A stretch of 63,317 nt of DNA, filler included, from Hausera hauseri (Eukaryota): NCBI GenBank assembly GCA_046269625.1. It is 11 parts of 11 records of this genome, joined end to end, with 100 filler letters (N's around TTAATTAATTAA, not from the genome) between each part and the next. Parts side by side here need not be neighbours in the genome. Positions count along the whole stretch, not along the records: positions 46,664 to 51,533 come from JBJURY010409033.1; positions 51,634 to 58,445 come from JBJURY010063217.1; positions 58,546 to 63,317 come from JBJURY010441801.1; 8 more parts are not named here. The stretch is one strand, 5' to 3'. Below are positions 50,146-62,900 of this stretch, in pieces. The position numbers and the translations under genes were made by a program. A model generated the notes under the pieces. That model saw only the letters and a program-made list of their open reading frames with translations, was not told the DNA's origin and ran no database searches. Each line of letters begins with the position of its first letter. Position 1 is the stretch's first letter.

Positions 50146-52929
50146 TTCAGTACATTTATTCTTCTATCACAGAGAGTAAATTTATCCCCAAAACACAACC
50201 TCTCCCTGAAACAAAACGCTCTAACAACCTTGCAGTGGACAGAGGATATCAACAATTCTGCGGATTTCCATCTGTATTATCATTAAAATATAAATCGACC
50301 AAATCGAAATGCTATGCCCAACAATATGCTAACCAAATTCTCATTCACCAGTGTACGATAAATTCGAGTTGTAAATATCGAGTTGTAATGAATAAGTACC
50401 ACACCCAAATCAAGTTAAGAAAAATATTTTAAGGAAGAATATTTTCATCTGTGGCATTCCATCGGGATACAGAGGACTGCTCTCTGTACTAGTTAAAAAT
50501 AATATTTTGAAATATAAATGTGGAAATTAAAAAACCAAAAGTACATTTTGATTAATGTACTAATGACTAATAACAATATTGAAAACCAAAATCTATTGAC
50601 GGATTTTGGAAATTATAGAATGGCTCATGTGAGCTATAAATTTTTATGACTCACATAAGCCCTGTTTGGAGTCATTATAAGTATGAAAAAGATTGACGCC
50701 AAAGAATGCTACAGGGAACCCATAGTTGTAGGGATGACCAATAGCGACTTATTTTGGAGTCATTATTAGTACGGAGATGGTGATGCCAAAGCCCGATACG
50801 CGGTACTACACAGCTGTAGAATGATCTTAAAATTGAGTAACAGAACCATAGTGGACTCAAAAATAGTATATAAACTACTATGGAGCATAACAAAAACAAC
50901 ACAAAAATTACTACGACTGAATAGTTTTATTCTCTAAGAAAAATTGTAAGTACACGACGTACCTGCAGTCAGGATAAGTCGCTAACTTCAATCTTTTACA
51001 ATTAATCTTCATTTGTTTTCCAGATTGGCTGTTTAGGATTGCAATGAAACAAGTTATTACCTTCTCTTAGTTGAGACCGTTGCAGTTTATCGTAAATGGC
51101 TGCCCATGATTGAGTGGGAATGATTTGCTGCTTCCATGTTGCTTCCATCATGTTTGCTAACTTTGCTGAAAAGGTTGATTTATGCTACAATTTCGTCTTT
51201 GCGGCATGTCTAAATTTATATAATGTGTTATAATTTCTTCTTCTTTCTTTAATCTAATGATGCTCATTTTTCTTCTTTTCTGAATTATCTGACTTTCTGT
51301 TGGATGCATTAAATTAGACATTAATATCTCTTTCCTTAATTTATTCTCACATAATTAATGAATCTTATTTCACAATCATGGTGTTTTTATCGTGAAAACA
51401 ATGTGAAAATTTAAACTTTTCTGAGCTTTCTATCGAAACCGTTATTATTACCATAGTAACCGGAGTAAAAGTTCATTCGAAAGCAATTGAAAGTAATTTA
51501 ACAGCCAACCTTGCAACACCTTAATATTATATANNNNNNNNNNNNNNNNNNNNNNNNNNNNNNNNNNNNNNNNNNNNTTAATTAATTAANNNNNNNNNNN
51601 NNNNNNNNNNNNNNNNNNNNNNNNNNNNNNNNNTAAGAAATGCCAGGCAGCAGAAAAATCACCAAGAAGGAAGAGATATACAGAAGCACATATCAGGAAT
51701 TGGCACAAAAACATGAAAATGATGCACTAAAGATGAATTTTACCTGTCGTTCAACTACCTTCAGTAAATGTGTCACAAGCTCATGCTGCTGGGGAGATCT
51801 TTCCTAATCAAGGAAACAAAAAAATGCTCTCAAGTGATATCCAAAGTACAGCTTGGCAAAAAAAAAAAAAGAAGACAAAACATATTTTTAAAAAGCATAC
51901 TAGACATAATAAATAACATCAACGAGGTTTTCAAAATTGTCAAAATCAAGATTGTTAAAATTAAAGTCCGAGATTTTGTTTCAAAGAAAATTATCCAGCA
52001 AACAGAAAATGAAACATTTCTTCAAAAATTGTACCATGTTTTTACAAACAAACAAAATTTTAACTGTATGACATTTGTGACTGTAGCAAAACAACTGAAA
52101 GGTTTCATGATGATGAACTATCACAGCCATACCATAACAAATGCCATCTGTACTACAATCAACACAACAATATTATTTTACTCACTTTTTTGTGTGTGTG
52201 TTCAACCTTTGTTAGCCGTCACATGTAAACTTGGCTTTGAGTTTAGCTCTCTGTTGAATTGTATCTGCTAACATTTGTTAATATCAAATGACCTTCTTTA
52301 GAATATCATGTAGTTGAAATTATTGTTTGAGGAAGTTGGTGAAACCAAGCGAGTTGCTGCTGAAACGGCTCATGGAACAGATATAATAGACTGGAAATAT
52401 AGAAGAAAAAGAAATGAAGAAAGTTTTCCAAAAATAAGTCACGTAACGTTCGGAGAATACAATAATGGGGATAACTATAATCGCGGAAAAACATAAATAT
52501 ATACCAGGAAAAAGCATGCGGAAAGAAATAGTGGATATCAAGCAAATTACGGAACAAATAGGTTACCAAATCGAACATCAAATGAAGGTCCACTAAAGGT
52601 GGCTCTTAGGCAGCCGCATAGCCCATCAGATCAAATGAAATATAAGAATGTAGATCTTCCTAAGAAGGATGTTGTAAGTATGGGAAAGACTGTTGATTTC
52701 TCCATAGGAACACTGCCGGGAATAATGAAAGAACGACGGTGAATAGTGGTGAAAATGGTGGAAGAATGATGAATAGAAATTTCAAAAAAACTGCACACAC
52801 AGATAGGAAAGAAATTGGATAAAAAGTAGCTGAAACCAATCAAAATGATAGTAACGCCGAGGGCTACGAAAAAGCATAAAAACAGCATGCTACCTGTTAT
52901 TCCGGACGAATGTCCATAGAACAAGTGTA

Positions 52930-53640
52930 ACATCTAGCATTTAGAAGCGTACCAGTATTGGTATCATATGGATGGAAAACGTTGCAGTTAAATATGTTGG
53001 ACAATGCCAACACGCAGTTATATCGTCCAAAGTGTGGTAAACGAACTTCAGTCAGAGGATAATAATGAAACGGCAAACGTGATGGTACTTGGAGGAAACA
53101 GAATCCGACGATCAGTGAAATACGTTAGTTTGAACTTAACATGCTTGGATGGAAGAACAAACATAAAATTCGAAGCATTCGCTATGAATAACTTCACCGG
53201 AAATATGAAGGCTAGTGAGTGGGTAAGATACAAAAACGATTGGAAACTTTTAAACAGCATATCATATCCGAGTACCAAAAGGAGTGCCCATGTTGACGGT
53301 TTAATCGGAGCCGATTAGTTGTCGTTACAGAGGTGTATCATATAAGTTTATGTAGAGCCTGGACAACCGATAGTTCGTTTGGCTCCATTAAGGTGGCCTT
53401 GTTTCGGTCCAATAACAAAAAAGCACTAATGTCAACAAATTTTTCGATGTATTTTCTCCAAAGATATGGCCCATGTGGAGTTCTAAGAAGACCTTGAGCG
53501 ATTATGAAAGTCGAGAATTACATAATGAAGGATGGACCAGTTTCTATAACATAAGGAAGTAAATAACACATGATGGATCTCATTACACAGTTCCTATTCC
53601 TTGGAAATCCGGAATAAATGAATTACCAGGTTGAGTTAAA
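52930..53640 (+). mobile_element. BEL/Pao retrotransposon protease-region relic
   Basis: VPVLVSYG..MLDN..TRSYI, VDGLIGAD, GQPIVRLAPLRWPCFGP, HYTVPIPWK. Confidence 0.7.
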
Positions 53641-54049
53641 AGTTAGTCATGTCTTCGATTAAATAAAGGTATTGTTGTGGTGGCGTGACGACAAATTTTG
53701 CGACGACAAAACGGATTACAAATGGTTCCTGCAGAATTTATTTTTTAAAACCTCCGTGCCGATAATGAAAGAAAAGGGTCGCCGTAGATACATTGTTGAT
53801 CCATTCAAATACAATATTCATGAACATCAATAAAGATTGCCCGAGTCACTTTTAACAAATTATGATACATATTTACGTATCGGTATTCGTTCATTTATAA
53901 TGTTAAACAAAGCTAGTAGTTCACATGAGTGCCATATGTCATCTCAGAGCTATGATAGCTCAAATCAAGGCAGAGCTATCAATGAAAGAGCTATCGATGA
54001 TTTGGGTGTGAAATTGAGCGTGACCGCCTCCGCTGCGCCGCATTCCTTA

Positions 54050-56440
54050 CCCCTGCTTATCTTCTTCAATAATACACACCCCCATACTTTTTATGCGCCA
54101 TACACGGATACCCCTTATCACCTTCAAGCACATCTATCCTCTATCCTCAACTCGTCAGACTTTTATCTATCATATCATGGTTCTATACTTAATGTACCTA
54201 TAGGCCATGTGGCGACTATCGACAATTAAACAATCTAACTATTACAGATGCCTGTCCACTACCACTCATTAAATATATTCTTAATAGCCTCAACAACATC
54301 AATACTTATTCTACCATTGATCTGCACAAGGCCTACCATCAAATCCCTGTTGCCCCTAATGACATTCCAAAAACTGCTGTCATCTCACCATTTGGCCTTT
54401 ACGAATACATCTTCATGCCTTTCGGCCTACGTAGCGCATCTCAGACCTTTCAGCGCCACATTGACACCTTTCTGTCTGGTCTTGATTTTGCTCACCCATA
54501 CATATATGACATAGTCGCTTCCAGCTCCATCAAACAACATCATGAGCACCTTAGAATTATCTTCCACAGATTGCATCAAAGCAACCTGAAAATTAATTTC
54601 GCCAAATGCAATTTCTTCCAGAAACGCGTCAACTTCTTAGGCCACATAATTACTCCCGAAGGGCATTCGCACCAGCCTGATCGCTTACAACAATTAAAAA
54701 TGTGACGTTACCAACTACTACTACCGATGAGGAGCTTTTAGGGACATTGCATTTCGTACACAAATACGTGCCAAATTGATTCGAGCTAACGGCACATTTC
54801 GCACACCTTTCATCCGGGAAGAAAAGACAATTAAACCGTTGAACTCCCGATCTACTAAATCAATTTGATCGCCTTCGTGAAGGTCTAAAATCCGTTGAAA
54901 TCTTGACTTTTCCAAAACCAAACGCGGAACTGATATTAACTACCGATGCCTCAACCATAGCCACTGGTGTAATATTACACCAAATATACAGTGGTGTTGA
55001 CGAGCCATTGGAATTCTATTCCCGAAAGCTCACGCAACCGAAAAGTCGATACTCAACATTCGATCGTGAACTCCTGGCCGTAGTTCTAGCGGTAAAGCAT
55101 TTCAAGCATTTGCTTCTATCACATCAATTTACCATCCAAACCGACCACAAGCATCTACTTTATATCATGACGTTATAACAGCCACCACCCAGACAAGAAC
55201 GACAGATATCATACCTGTTGACATTTAGCCTTTCTATGAAATACATTTCCGAAACCGAAAATTTGGTAGCAGACTTTCTGTCGCGGTCGGTCAACTCAAT
55301 TACAGCTCAGACAATTTCTTCATCTGAAATCCTGAGAATTAATCATCCATCGTCTGATATTCTCCAAGTTTTTAAATCTGTTGAATTCATTGATGGCATC
55401 GCCTATGACACTTCCAACTCGACCAACAAGAAAATCATTTTTGCTCTATCGTTACAAAAGACAGCTTTCACTCATTTTTACTCTTTTCATCATCCGGGTT
55501 CAAAAGGCACCTTTCGTCTATTGCAACGCCACGTTATATGGCCAACTATGCGTACCGATGTACAAATCTGGGTCAAGGGATGTGTAGCATGTCAGAAATA
55601 CGAAATCCACAAGCACCTGAAACCACCACTTTACCACTTCCCTTGCACTTCTAGTTTTGATACCCTGCATTTGGATCTTATGGGTCCTCTACCTACTGAC
55701 AATGGCTACCAATATATCTTATCAATAATGGATCGTGCTTCCCGCTGGCCTGAAGCTGTTTTGCTTCGATCAACCAACACTGACTCAGTAGCAGATGCAT
55801 TTATCAAAATATGGGTCAGCCGTTTTGGCTCACCATGTCACATCATAACAGACCAGGGTACGCAATTTGAAGCTGATCTTTTTAAATCTCTAGTAAAGCA
55901 CTTGGGGATAGTCCATTTCCATATAACGCCGTACCATCCCCAAGCAAATGGTGTTTTTGACAGATTTCACCGCACCATAAAGATTTCCTTAAAAATCCTG
56001 GCAAACAACAATCATAATTAGACATGACTTCTTCCTCTTGTTCTACTCGGCTGGCGCAACAAGCCATCCACTACCACAGGTTGTTCCCCGGCTGAAACTC
56101 TCTTTGGGACACCAATTTGTGCCCTTTTGAGCTCTCTAATTTCGATGAAAGTCCGTCAGATAAAGTCATTCGTGCGGCACAGTCCCACTTTGTAGAGGTA
56201 AACTCAAACGTCTTTTGCCGTCTTATAAATAAAGACAAATCATATATTCCAGAGGACTTATACTCAGCCAAGTTTGTATGGCTGAAAAATCCTTCACCGT
56301 CTGGTCTTCGGCCTCAATACGTTGGCCATTACAAACTACTAAACCTTTCTTTGCACACCGCAACTATTTTACGCAAAGACAAACCTCAAAATGTACACAT
56401 CTCTAATCTTAAGCCAGCATTCTTCGTTGACGATCCTTAG
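54050..56440 (+). mobile_element. Decayed Ty3/gypsy pol (RT - RNase H - integrase)
   Basis: YRPCGDYRQLN, IDLHKAYHQIP..KTAVISPFGLYEY.MPFGL; LTTDAS..FYSRKL..YSTFDRELLA..TDHK; H..HHPG..CVACQ; HLDLMGPLP..DRASRWPEA..TDQGTQFE..YHPQANG; GPY-like YVGHY. Confidence 0.93.
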
Positions 56441-59063
56441 GATAACATCCTTGTTTTAAATTCTAACTCTAATTTCTCTACCCTCGAGCCATAATCAATT
56501 TTCCTTGATGATTTTAATCCGTCACAGCAATCACTTTTGCGTCACAATCAGTTTGTTTCACTTTCTTCATCGTCCACTGCACTTTCACCACCCACTTCGC
56601 CGTCATTGTCTGCACATCCGCCAATCACTTCACCTTCATCGCACGATTTGCTTCCATCTCCAGTCTTGTCGTCTTCGCGTGATCCTTTTCCCTTGTCAGC
56701 TTCTTCTTCACTTTCACCTCTTCATGAAGCATTCTCCCAAAATGCCACAAAATCCACAGTATTTCTACCTCAAACACCTCTGCAAGCACCAGAAACGTCT
56801 AGCAGATCACGCCAAGTGATATTTAGTACTTACAGCAGGCAGAAGTTCATAGATGGAATCAAACGTCTAACACGTAAAAAACCGAATAGGTACAAGCTGT
56901 CTTTTGGCACTATGATCTCCGTTTATTTTTTCATGTAGTGCCCAAAATGTGATTGCATTGGTTGAGGCTGTCGGATCGGTGAGAGGATTTTTCCCCACCA
57001 TGTAACTGTATGACAAAAAAGTTGTCATCTTAGATAAAAAAGCCATATTCGAAACTCATGAATGGTTTTCGCCAACGTCTCCGTTTTGGTTGCATTAAAA
57101 CGATAGAACGATACAGTACCAACAGTGTACAGTTATCAGAAAGTAAAACAAAATATAACGAGGAATTCAAGGATCCCTTCTAATTGTGGACGTAAACGAA
57201 CCACTTGTCTAAGCAAACTGACTATCCCAAAACTTAACTATAAAGTTGAAAACGTCATACTTATCACCGCAGTCAATTAACAAAAATGACAGAGTAATCG
57301 GAAATCTTCACTGGTGAGATCAATTAACTCATTAAATAAATCATTTCGTTCCAATAATGAGAATAAAAGAATGGATTTGAAACATACAAACAAATTTCCT
57401 TCATCAATCTTCTACAATCTGAGTATTGTCGCTTACTCAACAATGAATTCTCAATAGAACAATTCATACTTTTGTCCAAAGTAAAAGAAATCTATAAATT
57501 ACTATCACGTAAATTTAGGAAAAGTAGTTCAGTTGACAGACTATTATATCCAGTTAATTTGGATATATCATTACATGTCCTCAATCCAGCTCCATCGAAC
57601 TCAGCAACGGGTAAAAAATCAGACTCCTCGCAAACGACGAAATCAGGGAAAAGAGGTGCATGTCGCACAGCTCGTTTCAACCAAAAACATTACGTCATTG
57701 CATACTCTTACAACTTGCCCTTCTAGCCGGCAGAATACAGAACTAATACAAAAATAAATATGTATAACTGTAAATCAAAAATCAATTATTTATTCGTTGT
57801 TATAGTTGAGAAATAAAATTTAGAAATTATTGTCGTATTTCTGTTGTTCTATCCTCATCGGAATTTGTCCTTGTTCATTGGATTTATCTACAACATTTGT
57901 GTTTAATTCTCTACAAATTGGTGTCAGAAGTGGAATAATTGATCATTTATTACTTTGTGATGCTTCCGAATACTTGACTGTCTTAAATAAATTTTCCATC
58001 GGACTCACCAAGGATTTTTTTACTGAAAATATTTGATGAACGTCGATATAATTGTCCACTGAACGGTGAAGGCGATGTATCCAATGATGAATACATTATG
58101 TGTAACAGTCGCTTTGAAATCTTGAAATTATGGGATAACGTCTTCGCTATTGCCGAACTCAAATCGGAACATTTTTTCACCAATTCCAATTTCAACAATT
58201 GGGTTGGGCATTTGGTCAATATTCTTATCGAAGAATTCCGCCACATACAAAAACGGGCTCAAATTGTCAAATTGGATCGATGTTGTCCATCTGTATTGCT
58301 ATATCGACTTCTGTTCCAATTACTGTTATACCGAGGAGAATAACTGGAATGTTTTCCAGATCGCATGGAAATTCTCGGAAATTTCATCCCGGAAATCATT
58401 GGAAATTCGGAATCGAGTATACCGTCGATTGTTATGGTTTGGTTGNNNNNNNNNNNNNNNNNNNNNNNNNNNNNNNNNNNNNNNNNNNNTTAATTAATTA
58501 ANNNNNNNNNNNNNNNNNNNNNNNNNNNNNNNNNNNNNNNNNNNNAGTGATTCTTGCTGGAGGTGTGGCCTCTGCTGCAGTTTATACTGATTGGATTGGT
58601 TGACCTGTGCCAGCTCCACTGTGAAGGAGGCTAAGCTAAGAAGCTAACCGGAAATCACGTGCGCTGTAAACAACCCTACTGAGAGGAGAGAAGTACCGAG
58701 CCGAACGAGAAGGCTGTAAATGAGAGCTGCAGGCTTTGTCAGAGAATTTTAATTTAATTTGGAAGCCTTATCAACACGGACTGGCTTCATTCACTTCCTC
58801 TGCTGCCACTGCTAAACTAACTAGCAGACACTGCAGAAAATCAACTTTGTTCAAAACTCCGCCTTCTGTTTACTGATTGGCCCAGGTAAAATAAACTACA
58901 AGCAGACACTGAGAGAATCTATGTTCCGTTCTGATTGGTTCGGCTAAAAAATCTGCCAGTGAAGTCCTTGTCTGTGGGAGAAATCCCAGACGAAGCAGTG
59001 AAGGGAAACTAGAGTTGAGCGGAGCTGTGAAGAAGGCGAGGGCCAAGCTACAGTTATTGTGTT

Positions 59064-59180
59064 CTGTGACAGGACTGAGATCTGTCCAGGGTCTCTCCTG
59101 CCTCTCACACTCTGACTGCTGGAGTTTTGGACGAGCTTCCTGTGACTCTGAAATGAGGTAGGTGGGTTGAGAGGTTGAGA
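59064..59180 (+). mobile_element. Teleost V-SINE (HE1/DANA-like) 3' relic
   Basis: CTGTGACAGGACTG..CTGTCCAGGGT..CCTGCCTCTC..TGACTGCTGG..TGACTCTGAA follows the familiar fish SINE 3' pattern. Confidence 0.6.
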
Positions 59181-59249
59181 TATTTCTGACTATCAGTTGG
59201 TGGAATTATCACAGTGACAGCTGATTAGTCCCTCTCCTGCTCCTCTTAC

Positions 59250-59430
59250 CTGTGTGATGGTGTCAGTGAGAGGGATGACAATCAAGCTCCACATTCTCCA
59301 CAGCTTCTCCTTGTTCTGTAGAGACTCAGCACTGTGACTAATGGCTGCCAGGACCGACTCTGAAAACGTTAGAGGTGAAGTAGGACCTAACAGGCTGCAG
59401 GATACTAGTGTCTGGAGGCACTGAAAGAAC
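59250..59430 (-). CDS. rif1: Internal exon of vertebrate (teleost-like) RIF1
   Basis: AG..GT-bounded 181-nt exon encoding FFQCLQTLVSCSLLGPTSPLTFSESVLAAISHSAESLQNKEKLWRMWSLIVIPLTDTITQ, matching remembered RIF1 SCVLSGPTSPLAFSDSVL..LENKEHLWKMWSVIVTPLT. Confidence 0.85.
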
Positions 59431-59906
59431 CTGTAGACACACAAGATTTACAAAGAGAATAAAAACATGAAGAAGATTGTCGCTCAGCAGATGGAAGCTG
59501 CTCCTTCGCTTGCTACACCATTTATTATGCCCAAGAAAACTGTGGAAAAAGACAAGCCCCAAAGTGATCTATCACATTCAAAAACAAGATAATTAGACTA
59601 GCATTTCCTCGTGCCTGTTTTGTTAAATGAAGATGGTAGCAATTGTGAGACTAAAGAACCCACAAACATGTCTGAATGAGGTGATAACGATTCAGCTCAN
59701 NNNNNNNNNNNNNNNNNNNNNNNNNNNNNNNNNNNNNNNNNNNNNNNNNNNNNNNNNNNNNNNNNNNNNNNNNNNNNNNNNNNNNNNNNNNNNNNNNNNN
59801 NNNNNNNNNNNNNNNNNNNNNNNNNNNNNNNNNNNNNNNNNNNNNNNNNNNNNNNGTATTTGTCGGATCAAAGTCAGAAATGATGTTCTGTATGTTAATT
59901 GATATA

Positions 59907-62900
59907 CTAGATTTGAGATATCGATGAGATACCAGTAATTTGAATAGATTCAATGAATGTCGGATCATTTTTAACGATTCCAGTTTCGGTAAATGACAAT
60001 TCGGATAATAAAGTGATCGAATTCGGGTTTTTATCATATTGTGCATTGTCAGATACATTTATTTCGGAAACCGATATAGGCTTATTGTCATGTTGACTCT
60101 TTGGAACCATTTCTTTTACAGATTCTAAATTCTCTGTGGCCTCAGTTTGCTCTGGTGATTTTATAGTTGTAACAGTTTCAAATTCACTACTAGCAACGTG
60201 CTCCGATGAAACTCCTTTCTGATCTTCACTTTCTTTTTGTATGAAGCTAGTAGAAAAACATTTCCTTTCGTCTTTACCCAAAACACTAAACTTGAAGGAC
60301 TTCACAGACTTGTTAAAACTCGACGAATCGATATCCGTTGTCAGCTCTAAATTATCCGTATTTTTATAATCATTTTTATAACCCAATAAAAATAAACTGC
60401 GTTCCGGTAGCCTTGTCCTATCATCATAACTTTCTGAATTTGTCGTGATTCTAACCTGAATAACTCCGGATATAACTGAATCCATTTCGGATGTTGAATG
60501 TGTTTCAATAGGTTTAACTATTTCACCAGAACGTTTCTTAACTATTCTATCTGAAATTGAATCAGACTTTGGTTGTGATGTCAACATATCCGAGTCTTCT
60601 TTGATTATTCTTAACCCGAGACTATCATAATTGCTCAGAAAATCAACTACTTTCCCAAGTTCCAGATCTACATATTTTTCTGACGTGAAAAGTGGACGTG
60701 ATGAATTACTTGATGATTTGCCATATTTCAATTCATTATTAGTCGGAATTAATAAGGCTTGTGCTGTTGTTTCATTTTTGAAAGTTGATTTGCTATCAAT
60801 ATCAATTTCATCTTCAATATACTCAATATGAGGGTGATAATCTTCAGTGACCACATGACTCTGGATGTTAATATTAATAATCGTTTTAGAAGAATCTGTT
60901 TCTCTTTTAGGCACTTTTTCATAAGCTTCATTTGCATCAGTATTTCTCTCATGACCTTTAACTGCAGAGGACATTAAATTTAATTGAGGATCATCGAATT
61001 TTAACACCTTAAGACTATCAATTTTTAAAACATCGGAATCATCTGAATTAATATTCTGATATAAAGTTTGAGCTTCTAATTCAACTTGAACAGACGTATC
61101 AGGTTTGGTGTTTAACACATTTTTATCTTCATGTTCAGCTTTTTGGCCAGCCTGAGAAACTACATGCATTCCCAAATTCAAATCATCAAATACCTTGGCA
61201 GTTTCTGCAAGTTTAACAAAATTTTCCGATTTAAGAAGCACTTTAATCCCAGTACTGGAAATACTGCTTTCATTATTTAAAGAACTAGCTTTTGAATGTT
61301 CTGATTTGTCTAAAACCTCAATCAAGTAATTTCCTACATTGTTCAACCGTTTACTATCCGACGACCAACTATCTTCATCGCATTCATCATCATAAACCCC
61401 AGTTGCTTTGGATAAAAGTCTTTTACCCATTTTATTACGGTTGCATTTATCATTTGAACCTAGGTTAATGTAATTTTTCTTAGATTTACAAGTTACACAA
61501 TCGCAATTGCGATGTGAATCACTTAACATGCCGCTTTTGTCAATTTTAAAATCATATTTACTGAATCGTCCGTCATCTAATTCACGGGGATCTACAGACT
61601 TGCTGTTTTTGCCCATTCCTTTTTTAATACCACCTTGACTTGTAACGGATTTCGGAAAACTTAATGTTAAACGACCTTCGTCCGAATCACGGAATGATGA
61701 AACTACGGTACTCTCAGGCTTTTCCACATTTTTACTTCTGACATGTAGACTCTTATCAGACGGAGGACCAAGCGTTGAAGCAGGGCTAGGACTTCTATAT
61801 GTTTTTCCTATAGCACCTTTCATAAAATCATCATACTCATCTTCAGTTTGTTGGTAGTGAGCCACTGTAGAACCTGCATATCTTGATCCTAATTTAACAT
61901 TCGAATCTGATGACTTAGAAACTCTATCAACATTATGAACCGCAGTTGACGGACTTGGATATCTTTGAGACTTTACCTTTGCGTTTATCATAGAATCTTT
62001 AGACCTATCTTCAGTTTGTTGGTACTTAGCTAATGCCAAAGTTGAACCACTAGGTTTATTAAGACCACCACTAGAATCAAACTTCGAATCGTCCATTTTT
62101 GACCTTCTGTCAAATTGACGACTTGGGCTTTTTTGAGAAATCTTCTTTGTGACTCCAATTAAATCGTTTGATTTATCTTCTGTTTGATATTTATACAATG
62201 CAGAACCAGTCTGTTTATTCTGAGGTACAACAATTGATGGACTTGGACTTCGTTGGGACTTTTCTCTATTGTCTCTTATTACATCTTTAGACTTGTTTTC
62301 AATTTGCTGATAATTAGGCATCATATGCTTTTCATGACTAAGTTTGTGGAAAGTATGTGATGAACTTGAGATTCTTTGAGATACTTCGTCAAGGCCCTTC
62401 TTTGCATCTTTAGATCTATTTTCAGTTTGTTGATATTGAGGCATCATAGGACTCGTACGACTAGGTTGATGAACGCCAGTAGATGGACTTGAATTTCGTT
62501 GAGATTTTTCTCTATTGGCCCTTACTACATCTTTAGACTTGTTTTCAATTTGCTGATAATTAGGCATCATATGCTTTTCATGACTAAGTTTGTGGAAGCT
62601 ATGTGATGAACTTGAGATTCTTTGTGATACTTCATCAAGGCCTTTCTTTGCATCTTTAGGTCTGTCTTCAGTTTTCTGATAATTAGGTAACTTAGAACCT
62701 GTACGACTAGCCGGGCGAACGCCATTAGATGGACTTGGACTTCGCTGAGATTTTTCTGTAATGCCGCTTACTATATCTTTAGACTTCTTTTCAGTTTGCT
62801 GATAATTAGGTATCATATGCTTTTCATGACTAAGTTTGTGAAAGCTATGTGATGAACTTGAAATTCTTTGAGATGCTTCGTCAAGGCCCTTCTTTGCATC

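Noticed and set aside
57050-57760. piggyBac C-terminal relic (GKRGACRT..NLPF)
   Set aside because: Only faint resemblance; catalytic motifs are not recoverable by eye.
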